Positions 48,135-56,392 of a stretch of 64,000 nucleotides of DNA are shown here, one piece after another. Below the pieces are notes generated by a model that made no database searches, had not been told where the DNA came from, and saw nothing but the letters and a program-made list of their open reading frames with translations. Origin of the DNA: Clostridia bacterium (lineage in GTDB: Bacteria > Bacillota > Limnochordia > DTU080 > RSA5); the NCBI GenBank assembly GCA_002919235.1, contig PKEX01000029.1:48583-112582 (forward strand). Reading direction: 5' to 3'. The position numbers and the translations under genes are program-made. How positions within the stretch are numbered: position 1 is the first letter of the stretch; the number at the start of each line of letters is the position of its first letter.

Positions 48135-48680
48135 ATTCGTAGAAGACCCATGGCGGCTGTTCCCCGCGAGCGGGGTCCCCGCGTGAACCACGAGATCCGG
48201 GCCCGGCGCGTGCGGGTCATCGATCCGGAAGGCAACCAGCTGGGGGTGCTCACTCCCGACGAAGCCCTCGAAGCGGCGGCCCGGTTCAACCTGGACCTGG
48301 TGGAAGTTGCCCCTCACTCTGATCCTCCCGTCTGCCGCATCATGGACTACGGCAAGTTCAAATACGAGCAGAGCAAGAGGGAGCGGGACGCCCGGAAGAA
48401 GCAGCGGGGCGCCGAGTTGAAAGAGCTCCGCCTTCGCCCCAAGATCGACGTTCATGACTTTGCGGTAAAGATGAAGAGCGCCAGGAAGTTCCTGCAGGAC
48501 GGGAACAAGGTCAAAGTGGCGATCCGCTTCCGCGGCAGGGAGATCGTCCACCAGGAACTGGCCCAAGAGAAGCTCATGAGCATGGCGCGAGATCTCGCGG
48601 ACGTAGGCTCGGTCGAGCGCCAGCCGGTGATGGAAGGGCGCCAAATGGTGATGATCCTCGCGCCCCACAAGACCACGTAG
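48135..48680 (+). CDS. infC: translation initiation factor IF-3
   Basis: C-terminal IF3 core (PPVCRIMDYGKFKYEQ...). Proposed start is ATT at 48135, 8 nt after the GGAGG core of GGAGGTGG. The in-frame ATG at 48150 is 23 nt from the SD. The track starts at GTG 48126, inside the SD. Confidence 0.85.
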   Translation: MRRRPMAAVPRERGPRVNHEIRARRVRVIDPEGNQLGVLTPDEALEAAARFNLDLVEVAPHSDPPVCRIMDYGKFKYEQSKRERDARKKQRGAELKELRLRPKIDVHDFAVKMKSARKFLQDGNKVKVAIRFRGREIVHQELAQEKLMSMARDLADVGSVERQPVMEGRQMVMILAPHKTT

Positions 48681-48737
48681 GGCGTGCGGGCCGGCGGGAG
48701 CGAGCGGCCCCGGTCGCGGGGCCGGCGAGGCGCCGGA

Positions 48738-50249
48738 TCATCCGGCGGAGGTGACCGGCGCCGGCGGCCCGATGAGGGACCGGAACGTGTCGCCGTCCAG
48801 CTTTTCCCGCTCCAGCAGCAGGAGCGCCGCCTCGTGAATCCGGTCGCGGTGCGCTTCGATCTGCTGGCGCGCGAAGGCCTCCTGTTCCTTCACGATGGCT
48901 TGCATTTCGGCGTGCAGCGCCTCACTGGGCAGCACTTCCATGTCCACCACCCCCAGCCGCGACATGCCGGCGGCCACCAGCTGCTGGGCCAAGGTCATGG
49001 CCTGGCGGATGTCTCCGGCACAGCCGGTGCTGCGGCTGCCGAAGAACACCTCCTCGGCGCAGGCACCCGCCACGCAGACCGCGATCTGGTCGAGCAGGTC
49101 CTGCCGGGTGTGAAGGTACGGGTCGTCCTCCGGCGCTTGGCGCATGTAACCCAGGGCTTTCCCCCTCGAGGTGACGGTGACGGACGAGACCGATCCCGGC
49201 CGCACCAGCTCGCTGATGAAGGCGTGACCCGCTTCGTGGTGCGCGATGCGCGCCTGCTCTTCGGGGCGGGGCTTGCGCTCGAGCCGCTCGCCCATCATCA
49301 CCTTTTCGATGGCTTCCTTGAAATCTTCGCGGCGGATCTCGCTTCTGCCCGCTCGCAGCGCGTGAATGGCGGCCTCGTTCACGGCGCTCTCGATCTGCGC
49401 GCCCGAAAAGCCGTACATCTCCCGGGCCAGTTCCTCCAGGTCCACGTCGGCGGCCAAGGGCCGGTTCCGGGTGTGGATCCGCAGGATGTGCAGGCGTCCC
49501 TCCCGGTCCGGCATCTCCACGTGGACCGTACGGTCGAAGCGGCCCGGACGGAGCAGCGCCGGGTCCAGGAGGTCCGGCCGGTTGGTGGCCGCCATCACCA
49601 GCACCCGGACGCCGTCATCTTCCGTCAGCCCGTCCATCTGCACCAGGAGTTCGTTGAGGGTCTGGTCGTACTCCATGTGGCTGGCGCTGCGGCCTCGCTT
49701 GGCCCCCAGCACCTCGATCTCGTCGATGAAGATCACGGCGCAGGACTTCCCTTCCTTCTGCGCCGCGGCGCGGGCCTTCTGGAACAGGCGGCGCACCCGC
49801 TGCGCGCCCACGCCGGCGTACACTTCCACAAACTCCGAGCCGCTGGCGGCCACGAACGCGGCGCCGGCGTAGCTGGCCGCCGCCTTCGCCATCAGCGTCT
49901 TGCCGTTTCCCGGCGGGCCCGCCAGCAGGATCCCCTTGAGCGGCCGGATCCCCAGGCGCTTGGCAGCCTCGCTCTCCTTTATGAACTGAAGCGCCTCGAG
50001 AAGCTCCCTCTTGGCCACCTCCTGTCCCCCGATATCTTCGAAGCGGACTTTGGGGACGGAGCGCGCGCTGACGGCGAAACCGGGACCGGCCGGACCGCGC
50101 GCGAGCCCCTTGCTCTCCCAGGCGTACCAGAAAAAGAGGAGAAGGCCGCCCAACAGGAGGAACGGGGTGACGTCCACGCCCCAGAGGGCCAGGAGGACCA
50201 GCATGCCCGCGGCCGAGCCCAGCACCACTTCCTTCACCATTCCGTCCAC
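48738..50249 (-). CDS. FtsH-like ATP-dependent zinc metalloprotease lacking the extracytoplasmic domain
   Basis: 503 aa. Two closely spaced N-terminal TM helices, an AAA+ module (GPPGNGKT, Walker B DEID, SRH), and an M41 peptidase with HEAGH. About 100 aa shorter than canonical FtsH. Confidence 0.85.
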   Translation of the reverse strand: MDGMVKEVVLGSAAGMLVLLALWGVDVTPFLLLGGLLLFFWYAWESKGLARGPAGPGFAVSARSVPKVRFEDIGGQEVAKRELLEALQFIKESEAAKRLGIRPLKGILLAGPPGNGKTLMAKAAASYAGAAFVAASGSEFVEVYAGVGAQRVRRLFQKARAAAQKEGKSCAVIFIDEIEVLGAKRGRSASHMEYDQTLNELLVQMDGLTEDDGVRVLVMAATNRPDLLDPALLRPGRFDRTVHVEMPDREGRLHILRIHTRNRPLAADVDLEELAREMYGFSGAQIESAVNEAAIHALRAGRSEIRREDFKEAIEKVMMGERLERKPRPEEQARIAHHEAGHAFISELVRPGSVSSVTVTSRGKALGYMRQAPEDDPYLHTRQDLLDQIAVCVAGACAEEVFFGSRSTGCAGDIRQAMTLAQQLVAAGMSRLGVVDMEVLPSEALHAEMQAIVKEQEAFARQQIEAHRDRIHEAALLLLEREKLDGDTFRSLIGPPAPVTSAG

Positions 50250-50788
50250 CCCTTCGAAGCGAAAGCCGCCTCCAGGAGCGCGATCCGGGGAATCACCCGC
50301 ACCAGCTCCGCCCCTTCCTCACGCAGGTGGACGAAGAGGTGCTCGTCGCCGACCGCAACCCGGTACTCGAGGCCTTCCTCGTCCCGCAGGGCCTCGTCGA
50401 TTTCCCGGGCCATGGCCGCGAAGCGGCCCGTGGCGGCCGCCTCGTACAGGGTGAAGTGGATCCGGTGATACGCAGCCTCCAGGCGAGGGCTGGGATCATC
50501 GACGATGACGATGCCCCCGAGCCGCGCGCCGAGGCGCGCCTTGGCCACCGCTTCGAGCCCCGGATACACCTCTTCTACCCGGGCGTCCCGGGCGAGGACT
50601 GCCCGGACTTCCACCCGGCCGTCCCGCCCCGTTCCGATTTCGACCGCCGCGACGCCCGGCAGGGCGGCCGCGTCCGAGGAAAGAGGATCGAGGATGCGCG
50701 CGGCGACATACGCCTGGCGCAGGCCCACGCCCAAGGCGACGACGGCGGCAAACGTGGCGACGATGACGGGAATCTTCAGCTGCCGCAT
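50234..50788 (-). CDS. hypothetical membrane-anchored protein (N-terminal TM helix, soluble C-terminal domain)
   Basis: 184 aa. Its 3' end overlaps the start of the FtsH-like gene by 16 nt. No recognisable family. Confidence 0.5.
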   Translation of the reverse strand: MRQLKIPVIVATFAAVVALGVGLRQAYVAARILDPLSSDAAALPGVAAVEIGTGRDGRVEVRAVLARDARVEEVYPGLEAVAKARLGARLGGIVIVDDPSPRLEAAYHRIHFTLYEAAATGRFAAMAREIDEALRDEEGLEYRVAVGDEHLFVHLREEGAELVRVIPRIALLEAAFASKGWTEW

Positions 50789-51043
50789 GCAGGCGATCCT
50801 CCTTCACCCGGATGTATCATCCCAGCTAGAGTGCCTAAATTATATCACAGGCTGCTCCTTGAGGCCCCGGCCAGGACGTGGAAAAGGAAGAGCCGCCTGC
50901 CTTCCCGCCGCTGGGACGGGGCGAGCCGCACCGGTGCGGGCGGCATGCGGGCGGCAACGGCGGGTCTAACACAAACTTCCTGCTAGAGGCGGCATAATCC
51001 AGTTCAGCTCTGTAAAAAACTAGGAGCAGGAGGTGTCCGGCCC

Positions 51044-51571
51044 ATGAAGGCGACAGGCATTGTACGACGCATCGACGACCTCGGCCGCATCGTGATACCC
51101 AAGGAGATCCGCAGAACCCTCCGGATCCGCGAGCGGGACGCCTTGGAGATCTTTACGGACCGCGACGGCGAGGTGATCCTCAAGAAGTACTCGCCCATCG
51201 CCGATCTGGAGGACTTCGCCCAGGAATACGCGGACAGCCTCTTCGAATCCACCGGTCACGTCGCGCTCATCACCGACCGCGATGCCTACATCGCCGTGGC
51301 CGGCACCGGCCGAAAGGCGTTCCTGGGAAAGAGCCTCCCGGAGGAGTTGGCGGAGGCCATGGAAGCGAGGCGGCCGTTCCTCTCCCAGACCGCCGGTTAC
51401 CAGCTGCCCATCCAGGGGTTCGAGGAAGCCAGCCAGGTGCTGGTGCCCATCGTCCACGACGGCGAGGTGGTGGGCTCGGTGATCCTTCTCTCCAAGGAGA
51501 AGACCCTCGGCGATCTCGAGACGACCCTCTGCCAGACGGCGGCCGACTTCCTCGCCAAACAGCTGGGATAG
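51044..51571 (+). CDS. spoVT: stage V sporulation protein T (AbrB-type swapped-hairpin N-domain plus GAF domain)
   Basis: 175 aa: MKATGIVRRIDDLGRIVIPKEIRRTLRIRERDALEIF..., then a GAF domain. RBS GGAGCAGGAGGTG. Confidence 0.95.
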   Translation: MKATGIVRRIDDLGRIVIPKEIRRTLRIRERDALEIFTDRDGEVILKKYSPIADLEDFAQEYADSLFESTGHVALITDRDAYIAVAGTGRKAFLGKSLPEELAEAMEARRPFLSQTAGYQLPIQGFEEASQVLVPIVHDGEVVGSVILLSKEKTLGDLETTLCQTAADFLAKQLG

Positions 51572-51595
51572 GCGGGGCCGGCCACTGGACACCGC

Positions 51596-51638
51596 GGGGC
51601 GGCGGGACGGCCACTGGGGCCCGCCGCCCCTTTCTCTT
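51596..51638 (+). terminator. rho-independent terminator after spoVT
   Basis: GGGGCGGCGGG-13 nt loop-CCCGCCGCCCC (11-bp perfect stem), followed by UUUCUCUU. Lies 25 nt after the stop. Confidence 0.7.
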
Positions 51639-51775
51639 GCCCGTCTGCCGCTTCCCCGGATTCCCGCCGGGCTTCGAGTTCACACAGAGCTGAAATTCGT
51701 GCATAACTTGAACCTGATTTGAACACACAAATAGTGTGCGGGGATCGCAACTTTAGAAGGAAAGGGGCGTCGCCA

Positions 51776-52489
51776 ATGAACCAAAAGGATAGCTACTATG
51801 CCGCGCTGGAGCGCCAGCGGGCCGGCGAGTCCACCATCCGGGACCGCTTTCAAAGGACGGCCCAAACCCGGGACGAGTCGGAGATCCTGGAAGGCCTCTA
51901 CGCCGAGCTGGGCATGAAGGCGTATCTCGCCTTCACCAACTGCCTGGATTGGATGAGCCACTTGGGAGGCGGCGGCGGGCTCTCAGCCGAGCGGGTGGAG
52001 GACGCAGTCAAGCGGGCCGTCGCTTCGTCGCTGGAGACCATGGCCCGGGATGTGGCCGCCCTGCGGGAGCGCATCGATCGCATGGAACAGAACCTGGCCG
52101 CCGTCGAGGCCGGGATGCGGCGGATCGACAAGTTTACACTCGAAGCCTTCCGGAACATCCAGGAAATCGAGGAGCGAATCCGCCAGCGGCCCGCGGCCGC
52201 GGCGCCGGAAGAGGAAGCCGCGGGCCGGGGGCGGCTGGCGAAGGAGGACGCCGCCCGGCTGGCCCTGGATGCGGCACGCCGGATGAAACAGGACGGCCGC
52301 CGCTTGACCCTGGCATCGGTGGCGCGGGAGGCGGGCTTGAAATACGGTCAGATCGTCTATGCGTTCGGCAACAAGGAGGGCTTTCTCAAAGCCCTGGGGG
52401 AGCTGGATGCCCAGGAGCGTGAGAGCGCACCCGAGCCCGCCGCCGAGCGGCCGGCCGGGGGCCGGTTCAGCGAAACCGCCACCGCGTAA
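51776..52489 (+). CDS. hypothetical protein with central coiled-coil and C-terminal TetR-like helix-turn-helix motif
   Basis: 237 aa from the internal ATG with RBS GAAAGGGG 8 nt upstream. The C-terminal LTLASVAREAGLKYGQIVYAFGNKEGFLKAL resembles the TetR N-terminal HTH signature, but at the C-terminus. Confidence 0.55.
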   Translation: MNQKDSYYAALERQRAGESTIRDRFQRTAQTRDESEILEGLYAELGMKAYLAFTNCLDWMSHLGGGGGLSAERVEDAVKRAVASSLETMARDVAALRERIDRMEQNLAAVEAGMRRIDKFTLEAFRNIQEIEERIRQRPAAAAPEEEAAGRGRLAKEDAARLALDAARRMKQDGRRLTLASVAREAGLKYGQIVYAFGNKEGFLKALGELDAQERESAPEPAAERPAGGRFSETATA

Positions 52490-52538
52490 CATGCGGAGGC
52501 GCCGTGGTGATGGCGGTGCCCTCGGGAGGCGGCCGCCA

Positions 52539-53042
52539 TCACCACAGGTGCTTCTGCGCCTTGAAGAAGTAATCAATACCCGACACGATGGTGATCCCCA
52601 CGGCGATCCACAGCAGGACCGGCGCCCCCGGTACGTCCAGCAGGAGCGCCACGATGGCCACGATCTGCGTGAACGTCTTCAGCTTGCCCAGGAAAAACGC
52701 GGGAAGCACCACGCCTTCCGTCGCGACCACCATCCGCAGGCCGGAGACGGCGAACTCCCGGCCCAGGATGATCATGACCACCCAGGATGAGATGGTGCCC
52801 AGCTCCACCAGGGCGATCAGGGCCGACGAGACCAACAGCTTGTCCGCGATGGGATCCAGCAGCTGGCCGAACTTGGTGATCTCCTTGCGCGCCCGGGCCA
52901 CGTAGCCGTCGAGGCCGTCCGTGAGGGCCGCGACGATGAAGACGGCCACCGCCCACATCTCTCCCGTGCGGGTCAGCACCAGCGCCATAAAGACGGGGAT
53001 GAGGAAGATCCTGCTGAGAGTGATCAAGGTGGCCAGGGTCAT
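52539..53042 (-). CDS. pgsA: CDP-diacylglycerol--glycerol-3-phosphate 3-phosphatidyltransferase
   Basis: 167 aa with the CDP-alcohol phosphatidyltransferase motif DGLDGYVAR...G...DPIADK. Confidence 0.93.
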   Translation of the reverse strand: MTLATLITLSRIFLIPVFMALVLTRTGEMWAVAVFIVAALTDGLDGYVARARKEITKFGQLLDPIADKLLVSSALIALVELGTISSWVVMIILGREFAVSGLRMVVATEGVVLPAFFLGKLKTFTQIVAIVALLLDVPGAPVLLWIAVGITIVSGIDYFFKAQKHLW

Positions 53043-53082
53043 GCCGAGCCATCTCTCCGGCTCGCGGAAAGGCCCGTGAGGC

Positions 53083-54444
53083 TCATGAGACGACCTCTCC
53101 TACCAGATCGTAGTCGTGCGCCTCGACGATGCGCACGTCCACCATTTGCCCCGGATCGACCCATTTGTTCGCGATGTAGGTCACACCGTCGATCTCGGGC
53201 GCGTGACGCTGGCCGCGCGCCACCAAGACCAGGTCGCTTTCGGACGACGGCCCGTCCACCAGCATGGGGAACACCTTCCCCACCAGCGAGCGGTTGATCG
53301 CGCGCGAGATGGCGCGCTGTGCCTCCATCGCCGCCTCCCGCCGCTGGAGCTTGACCTCCTCGGGAAGCTGGCCGTCCAGTTCGGCCGCGGGCGTCCCCTC
53401 TTCCCGGGAGTACGTAAAGACGCCTACATGGTCAAAGCGGACCTGCTGGATGAAGGACAGCAGCTCCTCGAAATCCTCGTCGGTCTCTCCTGGAAAGCCG
53501 ACGATGAACGAGCTCCTCAAGGTGACCCCGGGGATCCGGGCGCGGATCTTTTCGATGAGCCTGTCGATCAAGGCCCTGTCTCCCTTGCGCCGCATCCGCC
53601 GCAAGACGCGGTCGGACGCGTGCTGCAGCGGGAGCTCGATGTACTTGCAGATCTTCGGCTCGTCCGCGATGACGTCGATAATCTCATCGCTCAAGTGGGT
53701 CGGATACGCGTAGAACACCCGCAGCCAGTCGATCCCCTCGACCTTTGCCAGGCGCCGCAAGAGCTCGGCCAGCTTGTACTCGCCGTAAAGGTCCCGTCCG
53801 TACCAGGTGGTGTCCTGGGCGACGAGAACCACCTCCCGCACGCCCTCGTCCGCCAGCCGCTTCACCTCGTCGACGATGGACTCCATGGGACGGCTGCGGT
53901 GGCGGCCGCGCACCGCCGGGATGATGCAGAAGGCGCAAGGGTGGTTGCACCCTTCGGAAATCTTCACGAAGGCCGTGTGCGGAAGGGTCGCCCGGACGCG
54001 CGGCGCGGTGTGGTCGTAGATGTAGCTGGGCGTCCCTACCTGGACCAGCTTTTCTCCTCCCAGCACTCTCTGGACCACGGCGGGGATCTGGTCCACCTCG
54101 CCGGTGCCGATCACCGCGTCGATCTCGGGCATGGCCTCCATGAGCTGTTCCTTATAGCGCGTCCCCATGCAGCCGGCGACGATCAGCGCCTTACATTTCC
54201 CTTCCTCTTTATAACGTGCCATCTCTAGGATGGTGTCGACCGACTCCTCTTTCGCCGGTCCGATGAACGTGCAGGTATTGACCACGAGGACGTCAGCCTC
54301 GCTGGGATCGTGGGTCAGCTCACACCCCGCCCGCCCCAGCAGGCCCATCATCACCTCGGAGTCGATCAGGTTCTTGGCGCATCCCAGGGAGACCATCCCC
54401 ACCTTAATCGGTGAAGCGGAGAGAGAGCCGACTGGCGTGGACAT
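53083..54444 (-). CDS. rimO: ribosomal protein S12 methylthiotransferase RimO
   Basis: UPF0004/MTTase N-domain, radical-SAM CxxxCxxC (CNHPCAFC) and TRAM domain. Preferred start is ATG 54444 with GAGGTGG 6 nt upstream; the track starts at GTG 54453. Confidence 0.9.
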   Translation of the reverse strand: MSTPVGSLSASPIKVGMVSLGCAKNLIDSEVMMGLLGRAGCELTHDPSEADVLVVNTCTFIGPAKEESVDTILEMARYKEEGKCKALIVAGCMGTRYKEQLMEAMPEIDAVIGTGEVDQIPAVVQRVLGGEKLVQVGTPSYIYDHTAPRVRATLPHTAFVKISEGCNHPCAFCIIPAVRGRHRSRPMESIVDEVKRLADEGVREVVLVAQDTTWYGRDLYGEYKLAELLRRLAKVEGIDWLRVFYAYPTHLSDEIIDVIADEPKICKYIELPLQHASDRVLRRMRRKGDRALIDRLIEKIRARIPGVTLRSSFIVGFPGETDEDFEELLSFIQQVRFDHVGVFTYSREEGTPAAELDGQLPEEVKLQRREAAMEAQRAISRAINRSLVGKVFPMLVDGPSSESDLVLVARGQRHAPEIDGVTYIANKWVDPGQMVDVRIVEAHDYDLVGEVVS

Positions 54445-54508
54445 AAAGGCCACCTCTATTCGTAGAGATGTACCGGGCGCCCGCGGCGCGCGAAAACCTC
54501 AATGTTTC

Positions 54509-54517
54509 ACTATAACA
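54509..54517 (-). promoter_or_regulatory. extended -10 element TGTTATAGT, candidate rimO promoter
   Basis: Read on the minus strand ~55 nt upstream of rimO. No good -35. Confidence 0.3.
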
Positions 54518-54668
54518 CATGGACTGCCGGCGAACCAGAAGCGGCGCCGCACCGATCGACATTTTCCCCGGCCAGGGGAGGATTCCAATCCCCGGCAGCG
54601 AATGAGGCCATGTATCGGTTGCACCCGTTTGACCTGGGCAATTCGGGCTTTTGCGCCATCTGCTGGCG

Positions 54669-54697
54669 TTGACAGCCATCAGGGCAGACATTATAAT
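54669..54697 (+). promoter_or_regulatory. consensus sigma-A promoter for the nuo operon: -35 TTGACA (54669-54674), 17-nt spacer, -10 TATAAT (54692-54697)
   Basis: Perfect hexamers and spacing. Predicts a TSS near 54704 and a ~134-nt leader before nuoA. Confidence 0.65.
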
Positions 54698-54730
54698 TAG
54701 CCCTGGCGTCAAAGGGCAAAAGTCCTGCTC

Positions 54731-54768
54731 CGGCCTGACAATTGTCCCCATCGGCCGTTTTTTTGGGG
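54731..54768 (+). promoter_or_regulatory. structured nuo leader: terminator-like hairpin CGGCC-N17-GGCCG followed by U7, an alternative CCCCA...UGGGG pairing that buries the U-run, and a perfect palindrome GACAATTGTC (54737-54746)
   Basis: Seen in sequence ~70-105 nt upstream of the nuoA ATG. The two hairpins are mutually exclusive, which suggests an attenuation-type switch. Confidence 0.35.
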
Positions 54769-54837
54769 CAGGATTGTGAAAACGGTAATAATCCGGGAAG
54801 GGCGCCGTGCGCCCACGAGGCACGAGGAGGCGGCTGC

Positions 54838-55194
54838 ATGCTTGACCAGTACACCGGTGTGGGAGTCTTCCTGGCGGTGGGTGCCCTCTTTGTCGCCGTC
54901 ACGCTGCTGGCCGGAAAGCTCCTGCGGCCGCACAATCCCTATCCGGAGAAGCTCGCGACGTACGAATGCGGCGAGATCCCCGTCGGCGAGGGTCAGATCA
55001 AGTTCCACATCCGCTACTACATCTTTTCTCTCATTTTCGTGGTCTTTGACGTGGAGACCGTCTTTCTGTATCCCTGGGCGGTCGTCTTCGAGGAGATGGG
55101 CCTGTTCGGCTTCGTCGTCATGATGCTCTTCATCGGCACGTTGGTGGAGGGGCTCGTCTACGCGTGGAAGAAGGGGGCATTGCGATGGGTTTGA
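54838..55194 (+). CDS. nuoA: NADH-quinone oxidoreductase subunit A
   Basis: 118 aa from ATG 54838 with RBS GAGGAGG 7 nt upstream. The NuoA pattern [20 protein letters not shown] and three TM helices. Confidence 0.93.
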   Translation: MLDQYTGVGVFLAVGALFVAVTLLAGKLLRPHNPYPEKLATYECGEIPVGEGQIKFHIRYYIFSLIFVVFDVETVFLYPWAVVFEEMGLFGFVVMMLFIGTLVEGLVYAWKKGALRWV

Positions 55195-55679
55195 TCGACC
55201 ACGAGGAGCTGCCGGGCATCGTCACGGTTCCCCTGCGCCGCCTCGTCAACTGGAGCCGTAAGTCGTCCCTCTGGTACCTCCTCTTCGGGATCGCTTGCTG
55301 CGCGATCGAGATGATGGCGACCGGAGCGTCCCGGTACGACTTCGACCGGTTCGGGATGATCTTCCGGGCCTCTCCCCGGCAGTCGGACCTGATGATCGTC
55401 CCCGGCACCATCAACGAGAAGATTGCGGACCGGGTCAAGGTGCTCTACGACCAGATGGCCGAGCCGCGCTGGGTGATCGCCATGGGCGGCTGCGCCATCA
55501 ACGGCGGGCCCTACCACGGCGAGTACAACATCGTCGACGGCGTGGACCGGGTGATCCCGGTGGACGTGTACGTGCCCGGATGTCCTCCCAGGCCGGAGGC
55601 CCTGATGCACGGCGTGCTGCTGCTCCAGGAGAAAATCGCCCGCGAGGGGCTGGAGTCCAGGGCCGCCGCCCGGGCGTGA
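55185..55679 (+). CDS. nuoB: NADH-quinone oxidoreductase subunit B
   Basis: The N2 Fe-S motifs ([13 protein letters not shown]...G..Y, VPGCPP). Internal ATG. Overlaps the nuoA end by 10 nt. Confidence 0.93.
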   Translation: MGLIDHEELPGIVTVPLRRLVNWSRKSSLWYLLFGIACCAIEMMATGASRYDFDRFGMIFRASPRQSDLMIVPGTINEKIADRVKVLYDQMAEPRWVIAMGGCAINGGPYHGEYNIVDGVDRVIPVDVYVPGCPPRPEALMHGVLLLQEKIAREGLESRAAARA

Positions 55680-55793
55680 CCGCGAGAAGGCGTGAATCTT
55701 TGGCAGCATACGGCGGGCTTCTCCACGAAAGCCCGCCGCTACACTGTGTGCCGGCGGGGCCGGCCGGTGTAGCTAGGGGGTGCACTTTCGCCG

Positions 55794-56372
55794 ATGTCAG
55801 AGGAACGCAACACCGAGCACATGGAGGAACAGGGCGCGCCCAAGGCTGCTGCGCCCTCTCCCGCGCAGCAGCAGCTGGTGGACGATCTTCGGGCGGCGCT
55901 GCCCGGCCTGGAGCCGGCGGTGCGCAGCGACGGCTGGGTCGAGCTGAACGTCCCCCGGGAGCGATGGCTGGACGTCGCCCAGACGCTGCGGGACGACCCG
56001 CGCCTCGGGTTTGACTACCTGAGCATGGTCTCGGCGGTAGACTACATGGAAAAGGGCTTTCAAGTGGTCTACCACCTCCTGGCTCTCTTGGCCAATAAGA
56101 AGCTGGTGGTCAAGGTGGATGCCCCCGAGAGGGACAACCCGGTGGTGCCCTCCGTGGTCTCCATTTGGCCCACGGCCAATTTTCACGAGCGCGAAGCGTG
56201 GGACTTGATGGGGGTCCGCTTCGAAGGGCATCCCAACCTCAAGCGCATCTTGATGCGGGAGGACTGGGTGGGGCACCCCTTGCGCAAGGATTACGTGGAT
56301 GAGCGGCCCCCGCGGGAGCGGGTCACGCGGGAGACGTACTACGAAGACCTGCGCCGCAGCAGAGAACGGTGA
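55794..56372 (+). CDS. nuoC: NADH-quinone oxidoreductase subunit C
   Basis: 192 aa, NuoC/30-kDa subunit core (ANFHEREAWDLMGVRFEGHPNL). The start is uncertain (ATG 55794 or 55821). Confidence 0.88.
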   Translation: MSEERNTEHMEEQGAPKAAAPSPAQQQLVDDLRAALPGLEPAVRSDGWVELNVPRERWLDVAQTLRDDPRLGFDYLSMVSAVDYMEKGFQVVYHLLALLANKKLVVKVDAPERDNPVVPSVVSIWPTANFHEREAWDLMGVRFEGHPNLKRILMREDWVGHPLRKDYVDERPPRERVTRETYYEDLRRSRER

Positions 56373-56392
56373 CCAGGAGGTGGAGGTCGACG

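Noticed and set aside
50960-51043. sigma-G promoter for spoVT (GCATAATC region)
   Set aside because: The -10 deviates from CATxhTA at the last position, and no GHATR -35 lies at 17-18 nt; too weak to call.
54771-54795. Possible Rex operator in the nuo leader (TTGTGAAAACGGTAATAA)
   Set aside because: Only one half-site (TTGTGAA) matches. The second half does not resemble TTCACAA.
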